In this document: positions 39,401-48,165 of the stretch, piece after piece
Layout of the letters: every line of letters starts with the position of its first letter
Position numbering within the stretch: the stretch's first letter is position 1
Assembly (NCBI GenBank): GCA_017936345.1
Contig: JAGBFT010000032.1
Coordinates: 4,315 to 68,314, forward strand
Length of the DNA: 64,000 bases
Reading direction: 5' to 3'
Source: Spirochaetaceae bacterium
Lineage (GTDB): Bacteria > Spirochaetota > Spirochaetia > Treponematales > Treponemataceae
Notes under the pieces: generated by a model
Told to the model about the DNA's origin: nothing
The model's input: the letters and a program-made list of their open reading frames with translations, nothing else
Databases searched by the model: none
Translations under genes and position numbers: made by a program

Positions 39401-39607
39401 CAGTGGTTGAATCACCAGTTTTTCCATATCCAAGGGATCCAATCCGGGATACTGAGTAGAAATAATGATTTTTCGCTGACTCAAGATGGGAACAAAGTCT
39501 GCTTCCAGGGTAAAACAGGAAAATATTCCCCATAAGCTAGTTCCCAATAAAATTGATATGAGCGAAACGGGATGATGAACACAAAAAGAAATAAATTTTT
39601 TTGTCAT
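36443..39607 (-). CDS. RND (AcrB/CusA-type) permease 1
   Basis: YPGLDPLDMEKLVIQPLEE, GMVVDAGTVVLEN, QFES, GTAVNNGII, GGLSLS. Confidence 0.92.
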   Translation of the reverse strand: MTKKFISFCVHHPVSLISILLGTSLWGIFSCFTLEADFVPILSQRKIIISTQYPGLDPLDMEKLVIQPLEEGLASLQGLKLSKSVTRSGLSLINLELHWGTDIDLALVECRELIDLCYHQLPSQCEKPQVILPSSLGEAMMVAIIPRDGDLRYGRYLVEKDIKGRFQRLESCGGVQLVGGEKEEVQVLVDYDAMEAKKLSLEYISERISSSNFQYPVGTIAEGDKEFLVKTLGLYEEIEHLEDLPLLYEDLGLVRLSDVAQVELGSEEKESFFFYGGKEALCLSLSKRDDASPVRLSQQVYDEINQLRRQYGDFYEFIVIKDLSQEVRDSLVSLGISCLVGVVVAAAVILFFLRCWKVSILLASLIPLCGIHVILVLSLAGRTLNLMSLCGMAVGIGMVVDAGTVVLENLNQKLKALSLSSLETSPLSNRAIAASTVTRSIPDPVKNLMVEGTLEVALSNTGSALTTGIVFLPLFFLDGLLGELFLDLALGVIAAIAASCILSLSYIPSLYQFIAAKKLRALSSQLEPSVDGSNGTIIQQNRRFVTVLEEKYGIFLQRIISRKKLIFLPLGLCILVSAACLFLLEYRLLPEIKEDRVHLQINFPLGSSISSMERVSGEIHHILENQGMMEVAIFGGLESSHFQDLSQPEQNPFILQIMICPPKNLKFNYEDFKSLLEGRNLHVTVLKNQDVLSKILHISEESYVLTLLDSGEDRKILEEKADLFSQFRIVPPLVNEKLMEMSGQNQRNQLVFEPDRLAASRFSTNGLEIATATHHLVAGILASPFFLDGRRIPLRVQLEEGHQRTASELAALNVQLESLRVPLSLLGSFKETPAREILFRHNRQPAVILYPEKEALQEGVAGEFDKLAQNEPVKLVNVQEEESKEMVANGLVLLIVALLLLYFVMGSQFESFLIPLLLLATLPPALCGAVILTLLTGHTFSMNTVIALVVLFGTAVNNGIILYESVLQQGGFSPSAIVKASVSKLQTLLLTNSTTIFALFPFAIDPMGTNNQASMAVAIVGGLSLSMLLVLVTVPIIFAFYGEILSRKKGEKYE

Positions 39608-41166
39608 AGTTTGTTCACCTGACAAATACTTGTCTTACCCAATTTATTCCCCAGAGAATCACTTGTTTCCGGCGCAAGCTCCAGAGTTACCAATCCCCTT
39701 TGATTTTTATTGAGCAGCTCCAACTGAAATTTGACAGTTACAATTTTCCCTGAATTCCCACTGTCAACTTGCAGCTCCTGATTAAATTCTGGCAATTCTT
39801 TTTTAAGGAGTAAAAAATCCTCGTACAGGCTTGTATCTTCGATACCTGCACCCTCCAGTCTTTTTAAAGTAAGCTCACAACAATCATTGGCAGCCGAAAG
39901 AAGGGTATGTTCCATAAGACTAAACTCGTCCATTCCTGTGGCCTCAGAAGAAACCTTGAAAAAAAGGTTCAATTCAACTGTGCTGTGAAAGGTTTCTTGG
40001 ACAGAGGGATAGGTCTCCGGTGGCAATACCATTGACGAAAACGGATTTGAGGGAGAAAAAACCACCCGTAAATCCTGCTGCCCATCTAAATTTGTCATCA
40101 AAGCGCCCAAAAACTCCGGCGGACGGAATTTTTCCAGGGTGTAGGCAAGAGTAATCTCCTGCTCGCTTTCCAAGGCATTTCCTCCTGTATCTTCAATCCC
40201 TGGCTGAACTACAAGTCTCCAGCTTTTACCCCAAGCTTCATTTTCATCGGAATTCCACCTTGGCCTAAGCCTTAAGCTTCGCCCTCCTTTGTAGTCCCTT
40301 ACTATTTCCAGTGGCGACGCAATGGTAGAATGTCCCACTGGCTCAAGAAAAATAAAAGAGGAAACTTGGTCTAGATTTATATCCTTGGTAAACTCCAGAT
40401 AAATCCACTCATCTGGAGCTAGGGGTACAGTTCCCCCATGTTCCACCTCTTGCTGGGATACCTTAAAGCTCAGTTCAAGGGGATTTAAATCCATTTGGTA
40501 ATAGAAGCTTTTTGCCACCTCCTTTGGCAGGAAATTTCTATGGATGTCCATTACCGACGAGTCAAGAGACACAATATACCGTTGATTGTTTTCCAATTGT
40601 TTTTTAGGAATCACCCTAACACAGTGATTTCCATTGTAGTACTCCAAAAAATAGTCAAAATCAGGAGAAATTCTCAGCCCCTTTTCCAAGGACTCCTTGT
40701 CTATAGCTTGGGAAAATTCCAGCTGAATTGGAAATGAGTTTTGAACCACAACTATTTCCACTGTCAGGGTTGTCAAATTATCACGGGTGGAATGCGTATA
40801 CTCAAAGGTTTCCATCAAAGAGTGACCCCGTCCATCTTCCGTTCCAGCTTCTATCCTGATTATGTATTCACGATTTTCCTGTATTCCATAAGTAGGTACA
40901 AATTGAGCCTTGTTTCCCAAAACAGAGAGGTTTCCCTCCAGCTTTTTTCCGTCCTCTGTGACACTCAATCCATTTTTTAACGAGGAAAAATCGGGAGGAA
41001 GGGAAAATTCAATAAAAACTGTATTATTTTCTACACTACATGATACTACTTCTAGAGGTGGAAGCATAATAGTTCCACAAGAAGGTAGGAGGCATAAAAA
41101 TAGCCCCATCAAAACCATTCCCTTTATAATCTTAATCCCGTTTATAAAATCTGAATAATAAGACAT
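39604..41166 (-). CDS. Lipoprotein with tandem Ig-like (Big_5/SbsA-like) domains
   Basis: Lipobox LPSC; repeated EFS/EFT...L..N..Y...D..GN.L units. Confidence 0.65.
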   Translation of the reverse strand: MSYYSDFINGIKIIKGMVLMGLFLCLLPSCGTIMLPPLEVVSCSVENNTVFIEFSLPPDFSSLKNGLSVTEDGKKLEGNLSVLGNKAQFVPTYGIQENREYIIRIEAGTEDGRGHSLMETFEYTHSTRDNLTTLTVEIVVVQNSFPIQLEFSQAIDKESLEKGLRISPDFDYFLEYYNGNHCVRVIPKKQLENNQRYIVSLDSSVMDIHRNFLPKEVAKSFYYQMDLNPLELSFKVSQQEVEHGGTVPLAPDEWIYLEFTKDINLDQVSSFIFLEPVGHSTIASPLEIVRDYKGGRSLRLRPRWNSDENEAWGKSWRLVVQPGIEDTGGNALESEQEITLAYTLEKFRPPEFLGALMTNLDGQQDLRVVFSPSNPFSSMVLPPETYPSVQETFHSTVELNLFFKVSSEATGMDEFSLMEHTLLSAANDCCELTLKRLEGAGIEDTSLYEDFLLLKKELPEFNQELQVDSGNSGKIVTVKFQLELLNKNQRGLVTLELAPETSDSLGNKLGKTSICQVNKL

Positions 41167-42620
41167 ACATCCTCCTCAAGGTAATTTCCTGCATCAGTTT
41201 TTAGTCCAGAAGTTCCACCGGAAATTTCCAGTCGATAATAATTTTTCACATCATTTGAACTGGGGGAAAATCCAGACCAATAAAGTGAAAGTCCTGAATT
41301 TTTGTCATACGAAACCTTTTCCAAGATTGGATAATTGGCTGTTATGGGGAAAAGTGGCTCCATAGTGATTGTTCCAAGGTCATTTTGCAGGGACGCAAAA
41401 CCAAGAGGCTGGCTAAAATTGATTCTTGTAATGACAGTGGATTTTTCATCAGTGATGGCAATTTCCTTCAATGAGCCTGACTGAAAATTACAGCCTTCTG
41501 TGTCCGTCCCGTCTTCCAGAGCGTTCCCGCCATCCTCCCGACCTTCCCCTGCATCCGGTGTTTCTTCACCCAACTGAATCGAAGTAACCTGCAAAAACCG
41601 ATTGGCCACAGTAAAATAGTGATCCACATTCCGAGTCAGTTGATTTCCGGATAAATCCTTTACATCATGGGAAACAATCAGACGATACTCTTTTTCCAAA
41701 GACCAATTTTCTTCTGGAACCCATAAAAAATCCTTTCCAGAACTACACCTCTGCAATTCTCCTGCAATGTTTGGCTCAATGCTCACCCCATTTTTAACCG
41801 AATCAAAGTCCATCTCCTTTGAAAAACGCAGCAAGATCGACTGATTGTCAAAAAGCAAGCCACTGTCTTGAGCATAGACAATCAAGTCATTGTCAACAAC
41901 CGACAAGACAGGCACAACCTTTTCTACACAAGGAATTACTGTATCAATATCCCAAATAAAATTTCCCTGATACTGCTTATCGAGCAGGTATCCATCCACA
42001 TCCTCAAACTGGTTCAAAACCCAGTTGAATCTCTGATTTTTAGTCCAGGCCTCCTGAGGTACCACCAAAACCTGGCAACCGTTTTTTTCAACATAAAAGT
42101 CAAAGGGGATTTGCGGAGTCAACGAAAAGCTTTTTGAAAAACCAGGAATTGAAATGGGGCTGACAAACTCAAGCACCAGAGGTCCCCTTTCACTTGCAGT
42201 CGGTTCCGTCCATTTCAGGAGGCCGAATTTTTTTGAGGGAGCTCCGTAGAAAAAAATCCTGTAAAAATGAACGGAGTGGCTTCCCCCGGCATCAAGCTTT
42301 AGCTCGCCTTGGATTCCAATAGAATAAGCCACGCCCCTTTGCCATGGTTCCACAGGCTTTACAAAGGCCTTATTTCCTTCCAGCCTCATCTCAAAATCAA
42401 CCGATGAGGCATCTCTTTGAAATACAATAAGTTCTTTTAAGCTTTCCTTATCTGGAAGCAAGGAAAAATCGATTTCAACCTCATCTTCCAGAAAATACCC
42501 ATTATTCTCTGGAACAGAACAGCTTACCTCCAGCCTTGCAAAATCAACAAATTTGCAAGATACCATGTATGCTAAAGTATACATTATAATAAATATTCTA
42601 GATATTTTTTTAGTTGACAT
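41142..42620 (-). CDS. Lipoprotein with tandem Ig-like (Big_5/SbsA-like) domains
   Basis: Lipobox MVSC; LRFSKEMD...EYRL..VKDLSGNQL; TDAGNYL. Confidence 0.65.
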   Translation of the reverse strand: MSTKKISRIFIIMYTLAYMVSCKFVDFARLEVSCSVPENNGYFLEDEVEIDFSLLPDKESLKELIVFQRDASSVDFEMRLEGNKAFVKPVEPWQRGVAYSIGIQGELKLDAGGSHSVHFYRIFFYGAPSKKFGLLKWTEPTASERGPLVLEFVSPISIPGFSKSFSLTPQIPFDFYVEKNGCQVLVVPQEAWTKNQRFNWVLNQFEDVDGYLLDKQYQGNFIWDIDTVIPCVEKVVPVLSVVDNDLIVYAQDSGLLFDNQSILLRFSKEMDFDSVKNGVSIEPNIAGELQRCSSGKDFLWVPEENWSLEKEYRLIVSHDVKDLSGNQLTRNVDHYFTVANRFLQVTSIQLGEETPDAGEGREDGGNALEDGTDTEGCNFQSGSLKEIAITDEKSTVITRINFSQPLGFASLQNDLGTITMEPLFPITANYPILEKVSYDKNSGLSLYWSGFSPSSNDVKNYYRLEISGGTSGLKTDAGNYLEEDVCLIIQIL

Positions 42621-44028
42621 CCTGACCCTCCTTCAAAAAAGGAGATGGATTGTCTACAATCAGGTCTCCAGCTTGTAGGCCCTCCGAAATCCAAATCATT
42701 CCATCACTTTTACCCAAAACCTCAACATCTTTTTTTACCACCCTTCCTTGATGGATTATAAACACCTCGCCCATCCACTGTTTATTTTCTATTTTATTTT
42801 CACCTACTAGGGCTGATTCAGGAATGGTTGGAAATGAGGATGATTCCCGTGGTAAAATACATTTAACAAACATTCCGGGTTTCATTTCTCTGTTCTCATT
42901 TTTTAGATAGGATTTAAGGGTAAAATTGCCACTTTGAGAGTCAGCTACAGGAGAAATTTCTTTTATTGGTGCTTTAATCCTCACTCCCAAAGAGGGAACC
43001 TCCACTTCTACCGGAGAGCCAACAGAAAAATACCCAATATCCTGTTCTTGGATGGAAAAAACCGCATGGACTTCATCTATATCCATTACTGTAAGAAGTT
43101 TTTCCTTTCCACTTAAAAACTCCCCTTGCTCAAAGTAATTTACAGCCACAATTCCTTCTTTTGGGGAACGTATTACAAGATGGGATAAGGCTTCATTTAT
43201 TGATTGCAGGTTTTTTTCTGCTGAGTCTAAATTTGCCAGGGCTGAATCTAGGGCTGCCTGCAAGCTTCGGGTATTTAATGAAACTAATTGCTGCCGCCGA
43301 GTCTCTGGGTTTTCGTCCGGCATAATTCCATTTTCAAGTAAATCTTGGTTTCTAAATCCAAGAGCCTGTCTTTCGTATTCCTTCAGAGCAATTTTAAAGG
43401 CCGCTTTTTTTCCTTCTAGTGCTACCTCCTGGCTACGGTAGGCGGCAGCTGTTATACCTCCCAATGCCAGAAGTTCGCCTTGATTTTGGAGCTCCAGCTC
43501 GGCTTCTTCCAACTCGAGTCTCTGCTGTTGCAGTTGTAATTCTAGTTTTTCTAAATTAAGAAGGTTGCCTTCTACAGCAAGGCGCCCTTCTTCCAATCGG
43601 GTTTTTGCAAGATTTACCTCAGCTTGTGCGGATTTTAGAGCAGACTCTCCCTGTTGACCTTGAATTTGTAGTTGAAGATTTTCCATTTCGGCTAGGATTT
43701 GTCCTGAATATACCCTATCCCCTTCTTTTACATAAAGTTTTTTTAGAATCCCTTCCACTTGAACAGTGACATCATTTTTTTCACTATAATAAATTGTTCC
43801 AAAGCTACTTATATCTTGAAGAAGTTTTGAAGAATAAACTTCAAATTTTTCTACGGTGGAAATATTTTTTTCCTTTGATTCCAAAGCTTTCTGCTGTTCT
43901 TCTCCATCTAGGGTAAAACCAACTAAAAGCAAGATACTACAGAGAAAAATTAGAAAAAAAACAACACAGAGAACCTTGTTTTTTAGCAAAAATTTGCTGA
44001 ACAAAAATTTATTTACCAATAACTTCAT
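42610..44028 (-). CDS. RND periplasmic adaptor (MFP) with long alpha-hairpin
   Basis: N-terminal TM; LYVKEGDRVYSGQIL, IRSPKEGIV, MKPGMF, IPESAL, GLQAGD. Confidence 0.92.
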   Translation of the reverse strand: MKLLVNKFLFSKFLLKNKVLCVVFFLIFLCSILLLVGFTLDGEEQQKALESKEKNISTVEKFEVYSSKLLQDISSFGTIYYSEKNDVTVQVEGILKKLYVKEGDRVYSGQILAEMENLQLQIQGQQGESALKSAQAEVNLAKTRLEEGRLAVEGNLLNLEKLELQLQQQRLELEEAELELQNQGELLALGGITAAAYRSQEVALEGKKAAFKIALKEYERQALGFRNQDLLENGIMPDENPETRRQQLVSLNTRSLQAALDSALANLDSAEKNLQSINEALSHLVIRSPKEGIVAVNYFEQGEFLSGKEKLLTVMDIDEVHAVFSIQEQDIGYFSVGSPVEVEVPSLGVRIKAPIKEISPVADSQSGNFTLKSYLKNENREMKPGMFVKCILPRESSSFPTIPESALVGENKIENKQWMGEVFIIHQGRVVKKDVEVLGKSDGMIWISEGLQAGDLIVDNPSPFLKEGQDVN

Positions 44029-45391
44029 ATATACCTCCTGATTTTAATCCAGCCATCAACTCAATAGTCCGCAGAAGTGAATTAAGATTGTTTTGTAACT
44101 CCACAATTTCAATTTTCATAGCGGCAAGCTCCATCAGCGATTGAAGATAATCCATCTCTGTTGCTTCCCCGTTTTCTAGTTTTTGGAACAGAATTGACAC
44201 CTTTTTTTCTTGAATTTCAACAGAATCCCTAGAAAAATCACAGTTTTCCTTGGTTGTATCATAGTTGAGTAAGAGTCCTCTCATGGAGTTTCTAATTTCT
44301 TCTTCACTGGTTCCCAAGGAAAACTGCTTTTGCAGCAGTGAAATTGAAATCAAACGGTTTTGAGAAAAATATCCAATATCAGGATTAAGACTTCCAGACA
44401 CAGAATTACCAAGGCTTTCCATTTTTTCTTGATTGAATCCCATGGAGGTGGTATTGCTCAAGGAAACAAGATTATTTTTCTCAAAACTAATTTTTAGTCG
44501 CAGGGAAAAGTCTGGTTCCCGTAGGGGAAAATCAATTCCAGAAAGATTGACACTTCCTTCCAATGTAAGATTTGGTAAAAACCACCTTTTATTCATCCTT
44601 TTTTGCTGGACAAGGTTGTCATATTCCAATCTTTGTTGCTTCAAACTTGGACTGTAATTTATGGTAAGCTCCACCAAGGGGTCTAGGTAAGAGGACAAGA
44701 AGGGCTTTGCTCCAACCTCATTTCCTCGATTTTCTTTTTCAATAATAATCTCTGTTCCAAAAGGCAGACCTAAGGTTTGACGAAATATTTCTTTTTGTTT
44801 TTCCAGCTCTGCTTTTGCCAAGTTTTCCTCCTGCTCCAGCTTACGACAGGTAACGATGTAATCCAGGTAATCAATTTCTCGTACAAGCCCCAGCTCCAGC
44901 TCCTTTGCCATAATTTCTTGGCGCAAGAAACCTGATTCTTTGACATCTTTTTTTATTTTAACTACCTCTTGTTGCATTACAATGGAATTATATCCGTCAA
45001 GAATCTGTGACTTAAATTCCTCCAGACTTTGTAAATAGGATTGAAATTCATACTGACTTTGCAAGTTATTCACCTTGTATTGATTCCAAGCCGCCCCGCC
45101 GTCAAACACCAGCTGACTTAAACTGAATTGAAGAGTTTTACTTCTACTATCAGCCATTCCCTTTTTTACTGTATCTGATTCAGAATATGAGAAGCCTAGT
45201 CTGGGCAAAAAGTCCTTTACGGAAAGCCTTGCTTTTATCATATTTTCCTTAACCTTCAGTTCCTGGAAAATTTGATTTTTTGAATTTTGCAAGGCAATGG
45301 CAATGGCATCCTCACCAGAATCTACAGTAATTTGAGAAAATACAGGTAATATTAAACTGAAAATCCATAATGAACAGAGAAGCCGCTTCAT
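44009..45391 (-). CDS. TolC-family outer-membrane efflux protein
   Basis: Signal peptide; AIAIALQNS, DFLPRL, QLVFDGG, two OEP repeats; start at ATG 45391. Confidence 0.88.
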   Translation of the reverse strand: MKRLLCSLWIFSLILPVFSQITVDSGEDAIAIALQNSKNQIFQELKVKENMIKARLSVKDFLPRLGFSYSESDTVKKGMADSRSKTLQFSLSQLVFDGGAAWNQYKVNNLQSQYEFQSYLQSLEEFKSQILDGYNSIVMQQEVVKIKKDVKESGFLRQEIMAKELELGLVREIDYLDYIVTCRKLEQEENLAKAELEKQKEIFRQTLGLPFGTEIIIEKENRGNEVGAKPFLSSYLDPLVELTINYSPSLKQQRLEYDNLVQQKRMNKRWFLPNLTLEGSVNLSGIDFPLREPDFSLRLKISFEKNNLVSLSNTTSMGFNQEKMESLGNSVSGSLNPDIGYFSQNRLISISLLQKQFSLGTSEEEIRNSMRGLLLNYDTTKENCDFSRDSVEIQEKKVSILFQKLENGEATEMDYLQSLMELAAMKIEIVELQNNLNSLLRTIELMAGLKSGGIYEVIGK

Positions 45392-45891
45392 TATTCCTCC
45401 TCTAATGGAGCAAGATTTTCCCATTCTTCAATTAATTCTTCTACTAGGGATACAATATATTTTTTCTGGTATTTTACCTGTGAAATCGAAGCTTTTCCCG
45501 TTGCCAAAACTGTCTTTTGCAATAAAACCTCCTGCCCTTCATTGAGGATTTCTCCAGTGATTGCAAAGGAAGCCCTTTGTTTTACTCCTTCCCACACAGT
45601 CCGTTGATTAATTTTAAGAACCAAGTTTCCACCAATTCCTGCTTTATTACAGGTACTGTTATATGTTTTAATTTTAGAATCTATAGCTTGGCAAATCTGG
45701 CTTTGTATAAGGGAGTCTTTGACGTAGTCAATATTTACATGGATATCATTTGCCGAAAATAAAATTTCACCTGAACTAAAATTTTCCACAGGCTGAATAA
45801 AAGTATATTTTTTTACACTTGTGCAGGCTGTGAAGTTCAAAACCTGAATAAATACCAATAGATACAAACCTATTTTTTTCTTTCTAACCAT
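45391..45891 (-). CDS. Hypothetical lipoprotein
   Basis: Lipobox FTAC; GAGG SD; TAATG overlap with the TolC gene. Confidence 0.7.
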   Translation of the reverse strand: MVRKKKIGLYLLVFIQVLNFTACTSVKKYTFIQPVENFSSGEILFSANDIHVNIDYVKDSLIQSQICQAIDSKIKTYNSTCNKAGIGGNLVLKINQRTVWEGVKQRASFAITGEILNEGQEVLLQKTVLATGKASISQVKYQKKYIVSLVEELIEEWENLAPLEEE

Positions 45892-45901
45892 AATTTTCCT
45901 C

Positions 45902-46579
45902 CTATTTTTTGAGCAAGGTTTCTAAGGTTTCAAATAAAACCCTCAATTCACCATGGGCTGGAACAAGGAGCCGTGCCTGTTCCAAATGCTTTTTGGCTTG
46001 GTCTTCCATTCCCAGCACAAGCCAAAGTTTTGTCAGGTCAAGATAAACCTTTGCTCCATCAGATAGAGCCCGTTCTGCCTGTTGCAAGGAAACAAGTTGT
46101 CCGCTATAGTTTTCATTTCTTGCATCAACTATGCCCTTCAGATAATGTATTCTCCAATCTGTTTCGTTTAAGGCCAATTCTTTTTCCAAAAGAGGGGCCA
46201 CTTCATCAAATTTTTCTTGTAAAATCAGTAGACGGATATACCACAGGCGAGCATCCGTGTATTGGGGAACTCTTTTAACTAAGCGTGCTATTAGTTTCTC
46301 TGCCGTTTCATATTCATTGAGAAAAAACAGAGACTTAATCCGCAATAACTCTGCCTGAAAAAGATTTTTATCTTTTTGTAGAATAGATTCACAAAGCTCT
46401 ATGGTACGAGAAAAATCTTCTTGACTATATGAATCCAATGCGGAAAGATACAATTCATGTCCAGAACCATCTACCTTGCAGCTAAAAAAAACACCTAAAA
46501 ATAATATACACAGTGACATTACAGTGATTTTTATAAACAAAATGAAGAATCGATATACAACCACCTTGTTAATTTGCAT
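45902..46579 (-). CDS. TPR-repeat lipoprotein
   Basis: Lipobox FFSC; TPR-like helical pairs. Confidence 0.75.
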   Translation of the reverse strand: MQINKVVVYRFFILFIKITVMSLCILFLGVFFSCKVDGSGHELYLSALDSYSQEDFSRTIELCESILQKDKNLFQAELLRIKSLFFLNEYETAEKLIARLVKRVPQYTDARLWYIRLLILQEKFDEVAPLLEKELALNETDWRIHYLKGIVDARNENYSGQLVSLQQAERALSDGAKVYLDLTKLWLVLGMEDQAKKHLEQARLLVPAHGELRVLFETLETLLKK

Positions 46580-46594
46580 CCTCTCCTTGTCCCC

Positions 46595-47962
46595 CTAAAA
46601 TAAAATTGAATCCAGCAATGAATTGTTTTCTTTTTCATCACTGACCTGTGTTGCAACAAGATTCTGTATTTCTTGCCTGGCATCCCTTGCAAAAACACCT
46701 GAGGGATTGAGAGCAATTGTCTTTTTTAATGCAGGGATAAAAGCTTCCCCATTGCCCAAATCCTTTGCTACAGTCCAAAGAAGCCAGTAATAGGAAGGAG
46801 AACTTATAAAATAAGGCTCTAGCCCTACCAAAGAATCAAGGTCCCCCTTGACAATTCTTCCTTCTTTGTACCGAAGTGCTGCCTCACAATAGGTTTCTCC
46901 AAAGAATTTTTCTTCCTGATAGTCAGACTCCCCAGGAACTACCACACTATGTCCAGAATTGGTTTTGGAAATTTTATTTTCTTCCCTCATGTCAACTAAT
47001 TTTTTATATTCAGAAATCCAATTTTCTCCAGTTACAGGGCTTTCATCATCTAAACCAAGAAGTCCAAGCACATAATCTTCTCTAAGAAAACTACAGATTT
47101 TTTCTTTGTAGTCATTGTTGGTTGCAGCGTAAATTTCTTGTGCTACAAGAATGGTATCGAGGGTAACAGCGTTTCTTCTGAAAAACTCCTCCACCATGGC
47201 CTCAGCCTCATTAGTTCGCTGAACCCGAACCAAGAGTTTACCGTATCCTAGAAGATGCATGGAGGCCAAGCCCTGTGGATTTAATTTGTACGCTCTATCA
47301 TAATATTCCAGAGCATTTTCAATGGTTTCTTCTTGGACAAAATCCTCAGCTTCCGCCATGGAAAACAAAACCTGAGCCATAAGATAAAGGCTAGGAACCA
47401 CCAGTCCTTCATCCGTATTCCCCAACCTACTGCAATGATAGTCTGTCAAGGCAAGACTTGTTTTGCCATATTTTTCCGCCCCGTTTATATCATCACGAAA
47501 AAGACACAGGTAACCTAGAAGTCTATGCAAAAGCTCTAGGTCAATATCAGTAAGACCATCAGGAATATTCATTTGGGAAATTTGATTTGAAATTAAAGTT
47601 GAGTCATCACCGTCCGTAGCAGAATCCTCAAATTCCATTCCAAAACCAGCCTCATCTGCCAATGACAAAGCCCTTTGCAAATATTGCCAGCTAAGGACAT
47701 GGTTCGCCTGAGAAAAATACCACTGGGCTAAATCCAATTTTGACTTGAAATGGGCAGGATTGGCAACTTCAAATTCTATCAGGGAAGCCACCAGTTCCTG
47801 TTGTGAATTAGCCGAAAGGTAAAGTTCTTCGTAAGATTCTTGTAAGGCCCTATCACTTACCACCTGTTCCCCAGTTTGGGAACAAGAGGTAGCCACGAAA
47901 ACAACACAAGAGACCGCAAGGGTCACACAGCAAAAAATTGTTGTAAGTTTTAACTTTTCCAT
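46595..47962 (-). CDS. TPR-repeat lipoprotein, first gene of the pump-toxin operon
   Basis: Lipobox ATSC; ALEYYDRAYKLNP, LKKTIALNP. Confidence 0.7.
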   Translation of the reverse strand: MEKLKLTTIFCCVTLAVSCVVFVATSCSQTGEQVVSDRALQESYEELYLSANSQQELVASLIEFEVANPAHFKSKLDLAQWYFSQANHVLSWQYLQRALSLADEAGFGMEFEDSATDGDDSTLISNQISQMNIPDGLTDIDLELLHRLLGYLCLFRDDINGAEKYGKTSLALTDYHCSRLGNTDEGLVVPSLYLMAQVLFSMAEAEDFVQEETIENALEYYDRAYKLNPQGLASMHLLGYGKLLVRVQRTNEAEAMVEEFFRRNAVTLDTILVAQEIYAATNNDYKEKICSFLREDYVLGLLGLDDESPVTGENWISEYKKLVDMREENKISKTNSGHSVVVPGESDYQEEKFFGETYCEAALRYKEGRIVKGDLDSLVGLEPYFISSPSYYWLLWTVAKDLGNGEAFIPALKKTIALNPSGVFARDARQEIQNLVATQVSDEKENNSLLDSILF

Positions 47963-48165
47963 ACCTTACTTATAGTCTTGAATTGAAAAAAAACTGTGTT
48001 TTTTAAAAAAAAATTTGAAAAAAATTCGAAATTCAAAAAAAACATGCAGGAGCAACGCAACCTGCCTGTTTAAGATGGGTATGAAAATGGTTACTTTATA
48101 TAAACTGTCAGGAGTCCAACAGAAAATATACTTTTACAAGGGAAGGAAAACACCTTCCCAGCAAT

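Noticed and set aside
23539-47962. Classical T1SS/RTX, CDI, Rhs or T6SS locus
   Set aside because: No ABC ATPase, GGxGxD repeats, haemagglutinin or YD repeats, CdiB, VgrG or PAAR; inner-membrane parts are RND and the substrate has a signal peptide
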